Origin: Deltaproteobacteria bacterium
GTDB taxonomy: Bacteria > Myxococcota_A > UBA9160 > SMWR01
Direction: 5' to 3'
Length of the DNA: 27,551 bases
Assembly: GCA_032128115.1 (NCBI GenBank)
Contig: JAQBHB010000046.1
Span: 1 to 27,551, forward strand
A model generated the notes under the pieces. It made no database searches. It had not been told where the DNA came from and saw nothing but the letters and a program-made list of their open reading frames with translations. This document shows positions 17,040-27,551 of this stretch, in pieces. Position numbers and translations under genes: made by a program. Within the stretch, counting starts at the first letter, position 1. Each line of letters opens with the position of its first letter.

Positions 17040-18146
17040 TCAGGCATGCCCCGCGGCTCGCTTGAGCGGTTGTTGTACGCCTCCGCTCCCGCCTATCAGT
17101 TTGCGCAGTTCATCGACGTCGGAGCTGCGACCCAGGGCATCATCCATGGATACGAGCCGCCGCTGGTACAGTGCTGCCAGCGCTTGATTCATGGTCTGCA
17201 TTCCGAACTTGTCCTGGCCCACCTGCATCTGCGAGTAGATCTGGTGGATCTTGTCCTCGCGGATCAGGTTCCGGATCGCCGGGTTGGGCACCATCACTTC
17301 CAGCGCCATGGCACGCCCCGGCCCGTTCGCGCGGGGCAGCAGCGATTGGCACAACACCCCCTCCAGCACGAACGACAGCTGGGCGCGGATCTGCGCCTGC
17401 TGATACGGCGGAAACACGTCGACGATGCGGTTGATGGTCTGGACCGCAGAATTCGTGTGCAGGGTCGCGAAGCAGAGGTGGCCGGTTTCCGCCACCGACA
17501 GCGCGGCCTCGATCGTCTCCAGGTCGCGCATCTCACCCACCAGCACCACGTCCGGGTCCTGGCGGAGGATGTACTTGAGCGCGTTCTTGAAGCTGTTGGT
17601 ATCCGCGCCTACTTCGCGCTGGTTCACCACGCAGCCCTTGTGCTGGTGGAGGTACTCGATGGGGTCCTCGATCGTGACCATGTGCTGGTTTCGCTCGGTG
17701 TTGATCTTGTCGAGAATCGTCGCCAGCGTGGTTGATTTGCCCGAGCCCGTGGGGCCCGTCACCAGAACCAGGCCCCTCGGCTTTTCGGCCAGCATCCGGA
17801 CCACCGGCGGCAGGTCCAACTCCTCGAAGCTCATGATCTTGAACGGAATCGCTCGGAATGCTCCGGCGGTGTTCCCACGCTGCACGAACAGGTTCGCCCG
17901 GAAACGCGAGAGCTTCTGGACGCTGAACGAAAGGTCGAGTTCGCTGATCTCTTCGAACTTGTGCTTCTGGGCGTCGGTGAGCACCGAGTAGCAAAGCTGC
18001 TTGGTCTCCGTCGGCGACAGAGGCGGCATGCGCAGCGGGTGGAGCTTGCCGTCGATCCGGAGCTGCGGCGGCGTTCCGGCGGTCACGTGAAGATCGCTGG
18101 CGCCCTTCTCGATCATCGCCTTCAACAGCTGGTGCATGTTCGCCAT
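17040..18146 (-). CDS. pilT: Type IV pilus retraction ATPase PilT
   Basis: GASDLH, GPTGSGKSTT, TIEDPIE, LRQDPDVVLVGEMRD, AETGHL..TLHT and the AIRNLIRE motif. Start placed at ATG 18146. Confidence 0.97.
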   Translation of the reverse strand: MANMHQLLKAMIEKGASDLHVTAGTPPQLRIDGKLHPLRMPPLSPTETKQLCYSVLTDAQKHKFEEISELDLSFSVQKLSRFRANLFVQRGNTAGAFRAIPFKIMSFEELDLPPVVRMLAEKPRGLVLVTGPTGSGKSTTLATILDKINTERNQHMVTIEDPIEYLHQHKGCVVNQREVGADTNSFKNALKYILRQDPDVVLVGEMRDLETIEAALSVAETGHLCFATLHTNSAVQTINRIVDVFPPYQQAQIRAQLSFVLEGVLCQSLLPRANGPGRAMALEVMVPNPAIRNLIREDKIHQIYSQMQVGQDKFGMQTMNQALAALYQRRLVSMDDALGRSSDVDELRKLIGGSGGVQQPLKRAAGHA

Positions 18147-18165
18147 CGCTTCGCCTCTCTCTGTC

Positions 18166-19866
<1,701 letters not shown>

Positions 19867-19967
19867 CTTCTGGCCTCCCCCCGCGCGATACCGTTCCAGA
19901 ACTCGAGCCCGAGCGATCCCTTGCGCGCATTCCTGCACACCAGGAAATCAGTCGAGAACCCGGTGGG

Positions 19968-19995
19968 TTATCGGTTCACCCGCAGAGGAGCTTTA
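19968..19995 (-). promoter_or_regulatory. Candidate sigma28/FliA-type promoter for pilBTCSR
   Basis: Minus strand TAAA-gctcctctgcgggtga(16)-ACCGATAA, one mismatch from TAAA..GCCGATAA, in the 155-bp gap before pilB. Confidence 0.65.
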
Positions 19996-20021
19996 CGCCG
20001 GAAGGCGCGGGGAAAGGCGAA

Positions 20022-21029
20022 CTACGGTGTGCCGGTGGCCTCGTCCACCTCGCCGAGCGAGGTCCGACGCGCGCGGAGCACCGCGAGCCCAAGCAGGGTG
20101 AGACTCACCCAGAAAACGGCGTGGATCAGGGTGCCCACGGCAACGGCCGTTTCCGGAGGCACTCCGAAACGTTCCAGGGCGAATTTGCACGCCAGGTGGT
20201 AGGTCCCGAAGAACCCGGGCGCCGAGGGCAGCGCTACCGCGACCCCGATCACAGCCAGCGTGATCCAGGCCGCGTAGAGCTCTCGGAGCGGGGGGCCCAG
20301 GTCGATTCCCAGGGCCCACATGCCCGCCAGGATCGGAAGGGTCGAGGCCACCAGCCAGATCGTGGCCGAGTGGAAGGCGATCCAGAACAGGTGGCGCCCG
20401 CCGCGCAGAGCCCCCAACCCCTGGCTCACCCCCCTCAACAGGCGCTCGGCCAGGTCCGACACCCGGTCGGGAAACGGGCGCAGGACCCACAGGGCCACGC
20501 GGATGATCGGATCCGGAGCCAATCGGAGACCGACGAGTCCCAGGACGGGAACCGCGGCGCTGATCAGGAGGAGTCGGGGATCGCCGGGAAACATCTGCTC
20601 GCCGCTTCGGCCCGAGAGGGCGATCACGCCGCCCGCCATGAGCAGCACGGACACGATGTCCAGCACGCGCTCCAGGACGACGGTGCCAAAGATCGCCGAG
20701 GCCGGAGCGCCCGTCTCGCGAGCCAGATACCAGGAGCGCACCACTTCGCCCACCCGCAACGGGAAGACGTTGTTTGCCATGAAGCCCACGCTGACCGCCC
20801 GGAACAGCGGGCCGGTCGCAATCGACTGGATCGGATCCGTCAGGTGCCGCCAGCGCAGGGCCCGCAGGTATACGGCCAGCAGGTACGAGGGCAGGGAAAC
20901 CCCCAGCAGCACCCACCAGTTCGCGCGGCGGATCGCGCCGGCCACCTCGCCGAACGGGACGTCCCGCAGCACGAGCCACATGAAGAAGACCGTGACGGCC
21001 AGTCCGAACCACACGCGCGGGTCCCGCAA
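20022..21029 (-). CDS. UPF0104 / lysylphosphatidylglycerol-synthase TM-domain (flippase-like) membrane protein
   Basis: LRALRWRHL, GFMANNVFPLRVGEVVR, GTVVLERVLD, ALPSAPGFFGTYH and multiple TM helices. Start uncertain (TTG 21029 or CTG 21077). Confidence 0.88.
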   Translation of the reverse strand: MRDPRVWFGLAVTVFFMWLVLRDVPFGEVAGAIRRANWWVLLGVSLPSYLLAVYLRALRWRHLTDPIQSIATGPLFRAVSVGFMANNVFPLRVGEVVRSWYLARETGAPASAIFGTVVLERVLDIVSVLLMAGGVIALSGRSGEQMFPGDPRLLLISAAVPVLGLVGLRLAPDPIIRVALWVLRPFPDRVSDLAERLLRGVSQGLGALRGGRHLFWIAFHSATIWLVASTLPILAGMWALGIDLGPPLRELYAAWITLAVIGVAVALPSAPGFFGTYHLACKFALERFGVPPETAVAVGTLIHAVFWVSLTLLGLAVLRARRTSLGEVDEATGTP

Positions 21030-21073
21030 GCGGCTGCCCCGGGCTCGTGCCTTCTGCGGGGGGGCGGGAACGC

Positions 21074-22024
21074 TCAGAGAGCCTCCAGCCGCCGTCGGCC
21101 CTCGGCCACGTCGGCACCGATCTGGTCTTTGAGCGCCTCCACATCGGTGAAGCGGCGCTCGGCTCGCAAGTGATAGCGAAACGAGAGCTCGACGCGCCGT
21201 CCGTACACAGCTCCCTCGAAATCAATCAGGTGGGCCTCGGCCACGATCCGGCCCGAATCGTCGAAGGTGGGCCGCGTGCCCACGTTGATCACCGCCGGAA
21301 ACACGTCCCCGCGAGACGGCTCGCCGGAGTCCAGGAAACGGAGCCTGCCGGCGTAGACACCAGCCGCCGGGAGGATTTCGTTCTCGGGATCCAGGTTGGC
21401 GGTGGGGAAGCCCAGGCTGCGGCCCCGCCGGTCGCCCTCCACCACGACCCCGCGCACCGTGTAGGGGCGACCCAGCATCACGGACGCCTCCTCCAGGCGC
21501 GACGCGGCCAGCAGCTCCCGGATGCGGGTGGAATTGACGTCGCCCTCGTCCACCGTCACCTCGGGAATGATCGTGACGGAGAATCCCAGCAGCGGCCCCA
21601 ACTCGGTGAGCAGACGCATGGAGCCCTCACGATCCCTTCCGAAGTGGAAGTCGTATCCCACGTAGACTTCCATGGGCCGAATCCGCTGGTTCAGCTGCTC
21701 GCGGATGAACGACTCGGCGGGGGTCCGGGCGAAGTCCGCTGTGAACGGCTCCACCACCACCACGTCCACGCCGGCCTCCTCCAGCAGCTCCAGCTTCTGA
21801 TCCAGGGTCGTGAGCAGGTGCGGGGCCCGATCCGGGTGCAGCACCTTCCGGGGATGAGGATCGAAGGTGTAGACCACGGCATCGCCGGCAAGATCCCTGG
21901 CGCGACGCACCACCACGTCGAGGATGGCCCGATGGCCCAGGTGCAACCCGTCGAAGTTGCCGACGGTCACGATGGGCCGGGTCAGGGCCTCTTCGAGGGC
22001 TCCGCTTCCGGGTACCGTGCGCAC
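21074..22024 (-). CDS. ribF: Bifunctional riboflavin kinase / FAD synthetase
   Basis: GNFDGLHLGH, TFDPHP, VGYDFHFG, NSTRIR, GFPTANL, NVGTRPT, EAHLIDF and LRAERRF. Confidence 0.97.
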   Translation of the reverse strand: MRTVPGSGALEEALTRPIVTVGNFDGLHLGHRAILDVVVRRARDLAGDAVVYTFDPHPRKVLHPDRAPHLLTTLDQKLELLEEAGVDVVVVEPFTADFARTPAESFIREQLNQRIRPMEVYVGYDFHFGRDREGSMRLLTELGPLLGFSVTIIPEVTVDEGDVNSTRIRELLAASRLEEASVMLGRPYTVRGVVVEGDRRGRSLGFPTANLDPENEILPAAGVYAGRLRFLDSGEPSRGDVFPAVINVGTRPTFDDSGRIVAEAHLIDFEGAVYGRRVELSFRYHLRAERRFTDVEALKDQIGADVAEGRRRLEAL

Positions 22025-22049
22025 GCGTTGAACTCCGCGGGGAGGCCCT

Positions 22050-22955
22050 TCAGCGCCCCGAGGGTCCGTTCATTCGGGAGGGAGACGCGCCCTCGAAGAA
22101 CTGGAAGAACTCCGTGTTCGGCGACAGAACCAGCGTGGTGTTCTTGCCGATGGTCTTGCGATACGCCTCGAGACTGCGCACGAAGGCGTAGAACTCGGGG
22201 TCGGTCGAGTAGGCCTCGGCGTAGATGCGCGCCGACTCGGCGTCGCCCTCCCCTCTGGCGATCTCCGCATCGCGCGTGCCGTTTGCCACGATCACCCGGG
22301 CGTCGCGATCCGCCTCGGCGCGGATCTGGCGAGCGCGCTCGTTGCCCTCGGCGCGATTCCGCCTGGCCAGACGTTCGCGCTCGGCCTTCATGCGCGCGTA
22401 CACACTCTCTTCGGTTCCCTCGGGCAGCTCGGTGCGGTTGATCCTCACGTCGCCGATCTCGATTCCCATGTCGCGCAGCGCCGCCCCACTCTGGCGGGTG
22501 ATCTCGTGCATGATCTCGGAGCGCTTGTCCTTGAGCACTTCACTCAGCTCGTGGCGCCCGATCACCTCGCGCACGTCGTCGCGAACCGTCCGGTCGATCC
22601 GCTCGGTGGCATCCGACATCCCGCCGGGGAACGATTCGTAGAACGACTCCGCGGCGACGATCCGCCACATGATGTAGTTGTCCACGGTGAGCTGCTCGCC
22701 ATCGCGTGTCTGGATGGGCAGCGCCTCGGTGTTCAGATACAGCCAGCGCCGGTCGTATGTGCGAACGTCCATCAACAGGGGAACCTGCACCCAGATGCCC
22801 GGGTCCGTCACGGTCCAGACGTTCCCCAGGATCAGGATGACCTTCTGCTCGTCTTCCCGGGTGATCACCACCGGCCCCACGCCGAGATTTCCGGCAGCCA
22901 CCAGCCCCGTGAAGATCGCGACGACCAGCGCCACCGCCACCAGCAGGCGCCTCAC
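22050..22955 (-). CDS. hflC: FtsH protease modulator HflC (SPFH domain)
   Basis: N-terminal TM, VDNYIMWRI, DVRINRTELP, VYARMKAERER, RGEGDAE, DPEFYAFVRSLEAY. GTGA-coupled to hflK. Confidence 0.94.
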   Translation of the reverse strand: MRRLLVAVALVVAIFTGLVAAGNLGVGPVVITREDEQKVILILGNVWTVTDPGIWVQVPLLMDVRTYDRRWLYLNTEALPIQTRDGEQLTVDNYIMWRIVAAESFYESFPGGMSDATERIDRTVRDDVREVIGRHELSEVLKDKRSEIMHEITRQSGAALRDMGIEIGDVRINRTELPEGTEESVYARMKAERERLARRNRAEGNERARQIRAEADRDARVIVANGTRDAEIARGEGDAESARIYAEAYSTDPEFYAFVRSLEAYRKTIGKNTTLVLSPNTEFFQFFEGASPSRMNGPSGR

Positions 22956-23947
22956 GGCCGGGCCTCCGGCTTCGAGCCACCGAGCGGCAGATACGGCAGG
23001 ACCTGGGCGGCTCCGGGCTCGATGATCACCTTCTCCACGTCGGGCAGCACCTGCTCCATGGTCTCGAGGTACAGGCGCTTCCGGGTCACGTCCGGGGCCT
23101 TGCGGTATTCCGCGACCAGCGCCAGGAACCGGGCTGCCTCACCGGTGGATTCGGCGATGCGCGCGTCGCGATAGCCCGAGGCCGCGGCCACCACCTCGAC
23201 GGCCTCGGCGCGCGCGCCGGGGATCGCCTCGTTCCGGTAGCCCTCGGCTTCGTCCACGACCCGGTTGGCGTCCTGGTTGGCCGAGACCACGTCTTCGAAG
23301 GCAGCGCGCACGGGCTCGGGCGGCTGCACGTCCTGGAGCTGCACCTTGTCGATGTCGATGCCCGACTCGTAGGCGTCGAGAATCTCCTGGAGCAGAAGGG
23401 CGGCCTCGGCGGTCACCACCGCGCGATTGTCGCGGAGCACGCCGTCCACGGATTCTCGACCGACCACCTCGCGCATGGCGGCTTGGGCTGCATCTCGTAC
23501 TACCGCCTCCGGGTTCGCCACTCGGTAGCGCGCCTTGAAAGGATCCTTGATCCGGAACTGCACGGCGAACCCGACCCGCACGATGTTGTTGTCGCTGGTC
23601 TGCATGGTGGCTTCCAGCAGGCTCTCGCGGGGCGAATCCGCCGTTTCGGGCGACCGCAGGCCGAAGTCTTCGTTCTGGACCTCGCTCACATTCACGATCG
23701 TCCGCACGACGAACGGTCGGGGCAGGGAGAGATGGGGCCCCTGCTGGGTCACGGTCCCCACGTGACGTCCGAACCGCAGCATCACCGCCGACTGCCCCGG
23801 CTGCAGGGTGTAGAAGCCGTCGATGAGGGTCCACGTGAGTCCCCCCAGCACGACGATGGCCAGGATCAGGAGGTTGACGAGCGTGCGGCTCGCCGATCGG
23901 TGGACCTCCTCGTCCGGCGTGAGATCCTCGTTCTCGCCGTCGGCCAT
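22952..23947 (-). CDS. hflK: FtsH protease modulator HflK (SPFH domain)
   Basis: TM, LRFG, MQTSDNNIV, QLQDVQPPEPVRAAFEDV, EAEGYRN, YRKAPDVTRKRLYLETMEQVL, LPYLPL. Confidence 0.94.
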   Translation of the reverse strand: MADGENEDLTPDEEVHRSASRTLVNLLILAIVVLGGLTWTLIDGFYTLQPGQSAVMLRFGRHVGTVTQQGPHLSLPRPFVVRTIVNVSEVQNEDFGLRSPETADSPRESLLEATMQTSDNNIVRVGFAVQFRIKDPFKARYRVANPEAVVRDAAQAAMREVVGRESVDGVLRDNRAVVTAEAALLLQEILDAYESGIDIDKVQLQDVQPPEPVRAAFEDVVSANQDANRVVDEAEGYRNEAIPGARAEAVEVVAAASGYRDARIAESTGEAARFLALVAEYRKAPDVTRKRLYLETMEQVLPDVEKVIIEPGAAQVLPYLPLGGSKPEARP

Positions 23948-23950
23948 CGA

Positions 23951-24724
23951 TCAGCTCCGGCCGCCCTTGGCGTCCGGATCGGCTTTCACCGCGTAGAAGG
24001 GGCGCAGGATGTCGATCGGGATCGGGAAGACGATCGTCGAGTTCTGTTCGGTGGCGATCTCTGCGAGCGTTTGCAGGTAGCGGAGCTGGAGCGCGGATTC
24101 CTCGGAGGCCAGCACCCGGGCGGCCTCGGACAGGCGTTGGGCGGCCAGGAACTCGCCCTCGGCGTGGATCACCTTGGCTCGCTTCTCGCGCTCCGCCTCC
24201 GCCTGCTTGGCCATGGCGCGCTGCATCTCCTGGGGCAGATCGATCTGCTTGACTTCCACGGCGCGCACCTTCACGCCCCACGGCTCGGTCTGCAGATCGA
24301 TGATTTCCTGGAGCTTCTGGTTGATCGACTCCCGCTCCGCCAGCAGTTCGTCCAACTCCGCCTGACCGCACACGCTGCGCAGAGTGGTCTGCGCCAGCTG
24401 GGAGGTGCCGTACAGGTAGTTCTCCACCTGGATCACCGACTTCTCCGGGTGCAGCACCCGGAAATAGAGCACGGCGTTCACCTTGACCGAGACGTTGTCG
24501 CGGGTGATCACCTCCTGCGCCGGCACGTCCATCACGATCTCGCGCAGGCCGATGACGACCAGGCGGTCGATTCCGGGAATGATCCAGCGCAGGCCCGCAG
24601 TCTTGACGCCGTTGAAGCGACCCAGCCGGAAGTGCACGCCGCGCTCGTACTCTTTCAGCACGCGAAGCCCGAGGATTCCGAGCGCCACGACTCCCCCGAT
24701 CACTACCAGGATTCCCAATTGCAT
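23951..24724 (-). CDS. Slipin / stomatin-like SPFH protein (257 aa)
   Basis: [81 protein letters not shown] 24724 with AAGGAGG upstream. Confidence 0.94.
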   Translation of the reverse strand: MQLGILVVIGGVVALGILGLRVLKEYERGVHFRLGRFNGVKTAGLRWIIPGIDRLVVIGLREIVMDVPAQEVITRDNVSVKVNAVLYFRVLHPEKSVIQVENYLYGTSQLAQTTLRSVCGQAELDELLAERESINQKLQEIIDLQTEPWGVKVRAVEVKQIDLPQEMQRAMAKQAEAEREKRAKVIHAEGEFLAAQRLSEAARVLASEESALQLRYLQTLAEIATEQNSTIVFPIPIDILRPFYAVKADPDAKGGRS

Positions 24725-24755
24725 CGACCCCTCCTTGGTTTCCGCCCGCGGGCGG

Positions 24756-26120
24756 TCATGATTTCGGCGCGACGCGCCGCACGCGCAGCCGCATGCCCTC
24801 GACAGCCGCCACCTCGACGCGCTCCCCCTGCGGGATGGTCTCGTTCGCGCTTGCATTCCAGTACTCGCCCCGCACGAAGACCCGCCCGTCCGGATCGAGT
24901 GCCGTCTGGGCCATTCCCACCATGTCGATCATCTCGTCCACGCCCGCCGTCTGCGCCCGCGAAAAGGTGCGACCCACGGCGAACACGACCAGCGCGGCGA
25001 ACAGGGCGAAGGCCACCGTGATGGGAACCAGCACCGACCAGAAGGACACGTTCAAATCGCTCACCTCCGGCATGTCGAACAACATGGAGCCTCCCAACAG
25101 GAAGCACACGATTCCCGCGGCGAACAGGAGTCCATAGGTGGTCACGAAGAGTTCGGTGATGAACATCCCCAGTCCCAGCAACATCAGCAGCATTCCGACC
25201 CACGAGAACGGCAGGATCTGGAAGGCGATCGCAGCCAGGATCAGGCAGATCGCGCCGATCACGCCCGGAACGATCAGGCCCGGTTGGTTGAACTCCATGT
25301 AGAGACACATCAACCCGGCCATGGCCAGCAGCACCGCGATGTCCGGGCTGGACAGGAAGTTGAAGAACCGGGTCATGCTGTCCATCTCGAACATCCGGAC
25401 CTCGGCATCGGCGGTTTCCAGGGTCCGCGGAACTCCATCGATCTCGACGACCCGGCCGTCGATCTGCGCAAGCAGATCCTCGCGGTCGTTGGCCACCAGG
25501 TCGATCACGCCGATCTCCAGCGCTTCGTCCTGGGCAATCGCCTCCGCCTCCCTCACCGAGCGCACGGCCCACTCCACGTTTCGCTTGCGCTGCTTTGCGA
25601 TGGACTCGATGAAGGCGGCGGTGAACTTTTCCGCCTTCTGCGCAGAGACGTCCGTGCGCTCGTTGTTCTCGTCCCGTTCGCCCCCTCCCCCGCTCGCGCT
25701 CACGGGCGAGGCCGCGCCGATGCTCGTGCCCGGAGCCATGGCCGCCACGTGCCCGGCCAGGGTGATGAAGGTTCCAGCCGAGGCGGCCCAGGCGCCCTGC
25801 GGAGAGACGTACACCACCACCGGCACGTCGGCGTTGAGGATGGCCTGGATGATGTCCTTCGTGGACGAGAGCAGCCCACCGGGTGTGTCCAGCTCGATGA
25901 GCACGGCCGTGGCTCCGTCGCTCTCGCTCAGGGTGATGGCCTTCTGGATGTGATCGGACGACGCCGGATTGATGGAGCCGTCGATGACGACCACGTTGAC
26001 GTGCGCCGCCAGCGCCGGCGCAGCGACCGCCAGCGCCCCCAGCAGCGCTGCCAGCGCCGGCGCAGCGATCGCCAGCGCCCCCAGCAGTGCCGCCAGAACC
26101 CGAATCTTCGCCCGTGTCAT
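24756..26120 (-). CDS. nfeD: Long-form NfeD membrane-bound ClpP-class serine protease
   Basis: [38 protein letters not shown] bundle and C-terminal OB-fold ([12 protein letters not shown]). ATG 26120 overlaps the coaBC stop; directly upstream of the slipin gene. Confidence 0.93.
   Translation of the reverse strand: MTRAKIRVLAALLGALAIAAPALAALLGALAVAAPALAAHVNVVVIDGSINPASSDHIQKAITLSESDGATAVLIELDTPGGLLSSTKDIIQAILNADVPVVVYVSPQGAWAASAGTFITLAGHVAAMAPGTSIGAASPVSASGGGGERDENNERTDVSAQKAEKFTAAFIESIAKQRKRNVEWAVRSVREAEAIAQDEALEIGVIDLVANDREDLLAQIDGRVVEIDGVPRTLETADAEVRMFEMDSMTRFFNFLSSPDIAVLLAMAGLMCLYMEFNQPGLIVPGVIGAICLILAAIAFQILPFSWVGMLLMLLGLGMFITELFVTTYGLLFAAGIVCFLLGGSMLFDMPEVSDLNVSFWSVLVPITVAFALFAALVVFAVGRTFSRAQTAGVDEMIDMVGMAQTALDPDGRVFVRGEYWNASANETIPQGERVEVAAVEGMRLRVRRVAPKS
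26008..26096. repeat. 42-bp in-frame tandem duplication in the nfeD signal-peptide region
   Basis: Units start at 26008 and 26050 (partial third at 26092) and differ at 3 positions; they encode [14 protein letters not shown] / [14 protein letters not shown]. Confidence 0.92.
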
Positions 26121-27322
26121 GTGTCCTCGCAGAGCTTCTCGACGCAGTCGAGCAGGCGCTCGGCCACCCGGGCCTTGGAAAGCGAGGGCAGCCGCTCCAC
26201 GTCGCCCCCCGGCCACACGAAGACCACCTGGTTGCGGTCCGCGTCGAACACCGCCTCGGCGCCCGAGACATCGTTGGCCACCATCAGGTCGCAGCCCTTG
26301 CGCGCCAGCTTTCGCCTCGCCGCCTCTACCGGATCCCCCACTTCCGCGGCGAAGCCCACCACCACCCGGCGGCCCGGCTCCCGGCAGATCTCCGCCAGGA
26401 TGTCCGGATTGCGCACCAGATCGAGCGTCATCCCGGCGTCGGGCGGGAGGTCTTCCTTGCGGATCTTGCCCTCGACGCGCTCGGCTGCGCGAAAGTCCGC
26501 CACTGCGGCCGCCTTGATCACGACCGTGGCCCTGGGAAGTTCGGCGAAGACGGCCTGTCGCATCTCGAGGGCCGTCTCCACGTCCACCCGCCGCACACCG
26601 GCAGGCGTGGCCAGTGCCGAGGGCCCCGTCACGAGCACCACCTCCGCACCGCGTCGGACCGCGTCACCCGCCACGGCAAAGCCCATCTTCCCCGAGGAGC
26701 GATTGCCCAGGAAGCGCACCTCATCCACCGGCTCGCGAGTCCCGCCCGCCGTCACCAGAACCACCTGCCCCGCCAACGTCTGAGAGCCCAGGGCGAGGGC
26801 CGCCGAATCGGCGATGTCGCCCGGGTCGGACATGCGCCCCTCTCCCTCCCAGCCGCAGGCCAGCTCGCCGGACTCGGGTCCGACGAATCGCAGGCCCCGA
26901 GACTGGAGCAGGCTCCAGTTCGCCTGGGTGGCGGGGTTTTGCCACATGTTCACATTCATCGCGGGTGCCAGAAGAATGGGAGCCCGAGTTGCCAGGGCCA
27001 CCGTCGACACCAGATCGTCAGCCAACCCGTGGGCGAGTCGGGCCATCAGGTTGGCGGTCGCGGGTGCCACGATCATCAGATCCGCCCAATCCGCCAGCTC
27101 GATATGGCCAATCGTTCCTTCCTCGGCCGGATCGAACAGGTCGGATCGAACGGCCTCACCGCTGAGCGACTGTAGAACGAGCGGGCTGACGAAGCGCAGG
27201 GCTTCTGGGGTCGCGATGCAACGAACGGCGTGCCCCGACCTCTGAAGCGCCCGAACGAGTTCGGGCGTCTTGTAGGCCGCGATGCCGCCGGTCACCGCCA
27301 GCAGAATTCGACGTTGCGCCAT
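26117..27322 (-). CDS. coaBC: Phosphopantothenoylcysteine decarboxylase / phosphopantothenate-cysteine ligase
   Basis: TGGIAAYK, HIELADWAD, APATAN, PAMNVNM, LACG, TAGGTRE..D.VRFLGNRSSGKMG, AAVADF, VGFAAE and VANDV. Start ATG 27322 (TTG 27328 is an alternative). Confidence 0.97.
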   Translation of the reverse strand: MAQRRILLAVTGGIAAYKTPELVRALQRSGHAVRCIATPEALRFVSPLVLQSLSGEAVRSDLFDPAEEGTIGHIELADWADLMIVAPATANLMARLAHGLADDLVSTVALATRAPILLAPAMNVNMWQNPATQANWSLLQSRGLRFVGPESGELACGWEGEGRMSDPGDIADSAALALGSQTLAGQVVLVTAGGTREPVDEVRFLGNRSSGKMGFAVAGDAVRRGAEVVLVTGPSALATPAGVRRVDVETALEMRQAVFAELPRATVVIKAAAVADFRAAERVEGKIRKEDLPPDAGMTLDLVRNPDILAEICREPGRRVVVGFAAEVGDPVEAARRKLARKGCDLMVANDVSGAEAVFDADRNQVVFVWPGGDVERLPSLSKARVAERLLDCVEKLCEDT

Positions 27323-27397
27323 CGGCAAGAGCCCTGAAAAACCCCTGTTTTGTTGCGAGGTTAACCCGTAGCGGCGGAAACCGCCCGCCGGCGGGCC

Positions 27398-27551
27398 TCA
27401 GTCGCGCGCGAGGCGCTCGCGAAGCATCTTGGCTACCGCCGGGGGCACGAATTCGGAGACGTCGCGTCCGAACCGCACCAGCTCCTTGAGCCGCGATGAA
27501 CTCACGTAGAGGTTCTCCGGGCTGGTCATCATGAAGATGGTTTCCACGTCC
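27398..27551 (-). CDS. coaD: Pantetheine-phosphate adenylyltransferase, C-terminal fragment
   Basis: Hand translation DVETIFMMTSPENLYVSSSRLKELVRFGRDVSEFVPPAVAKMLRERLARD* matches the CoaD C-terminal pattern (ETxF..SSS.vKE..G.DVS.FVP.V); adjacent to coaBC. Confidence 0.9.
   Translation of the reverse strand, partial: DVETIFMMTSPENLYVSSSRLKELVRFGRDVSEFVPPAVAKMLRERLARD

Noticed and set aside
27371..27396. GC-rich palindromes after coaD (GCCCGCCGGCGGGC; GGCGG-AAA-CCGCC)
   Set aside because: No adequate U-tract, overlapping alternative stems and a co-oriented, functionally linked downstream gene; not supportable as a terminator.

Overview
High-GC bacterial chromosome segment with deltaproteobacterial/Myxococcota-like gene order (taxonomy is inferred). 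Nearly all genes are on the minus strand. In transcription order: coaD (3' end) - coaBC - nfeD - slipin/stomatin - hflK - hflC - ribF - UPF0104 membrane protein - pilB - pilT - pilC - pilS - pilR - second HAMP sensor kinase (PilS2-like) - frameshifted Ig-like-repeat lipoprotein, then a sigma54 response regulator on the + strand (PilR2-like), then a small XRE HTH gene - pilMNOPQ - terminator - aroK - aroB - TPR-like protein (runs off the window). This is a type IVa pilus machinery locus with no pilin or prepilin peptidase gene. The most notable non-routine signals are: (i) a recurring sigma28/FliA-like promoter motif (TMAAG-N15-ACCGATA) before both pilus operons, with a weaker third copy before the PilR2-like gene; (ii) a perfect 11-bp inverted repeat bracketing the pilM-operon promoter; (iii) an uncharacterised Ig-repeat lipoprotein with a one-base frameshift between a kinase and its oppositely oriented regulator; (iv) a long, lipobox-bearing PilQ; (v) three consecutive SPFH genes plus an NfeD with a duplicated signal-peptide segment. 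No RNA genes, CRISPR arrays or mobile elements were seen.
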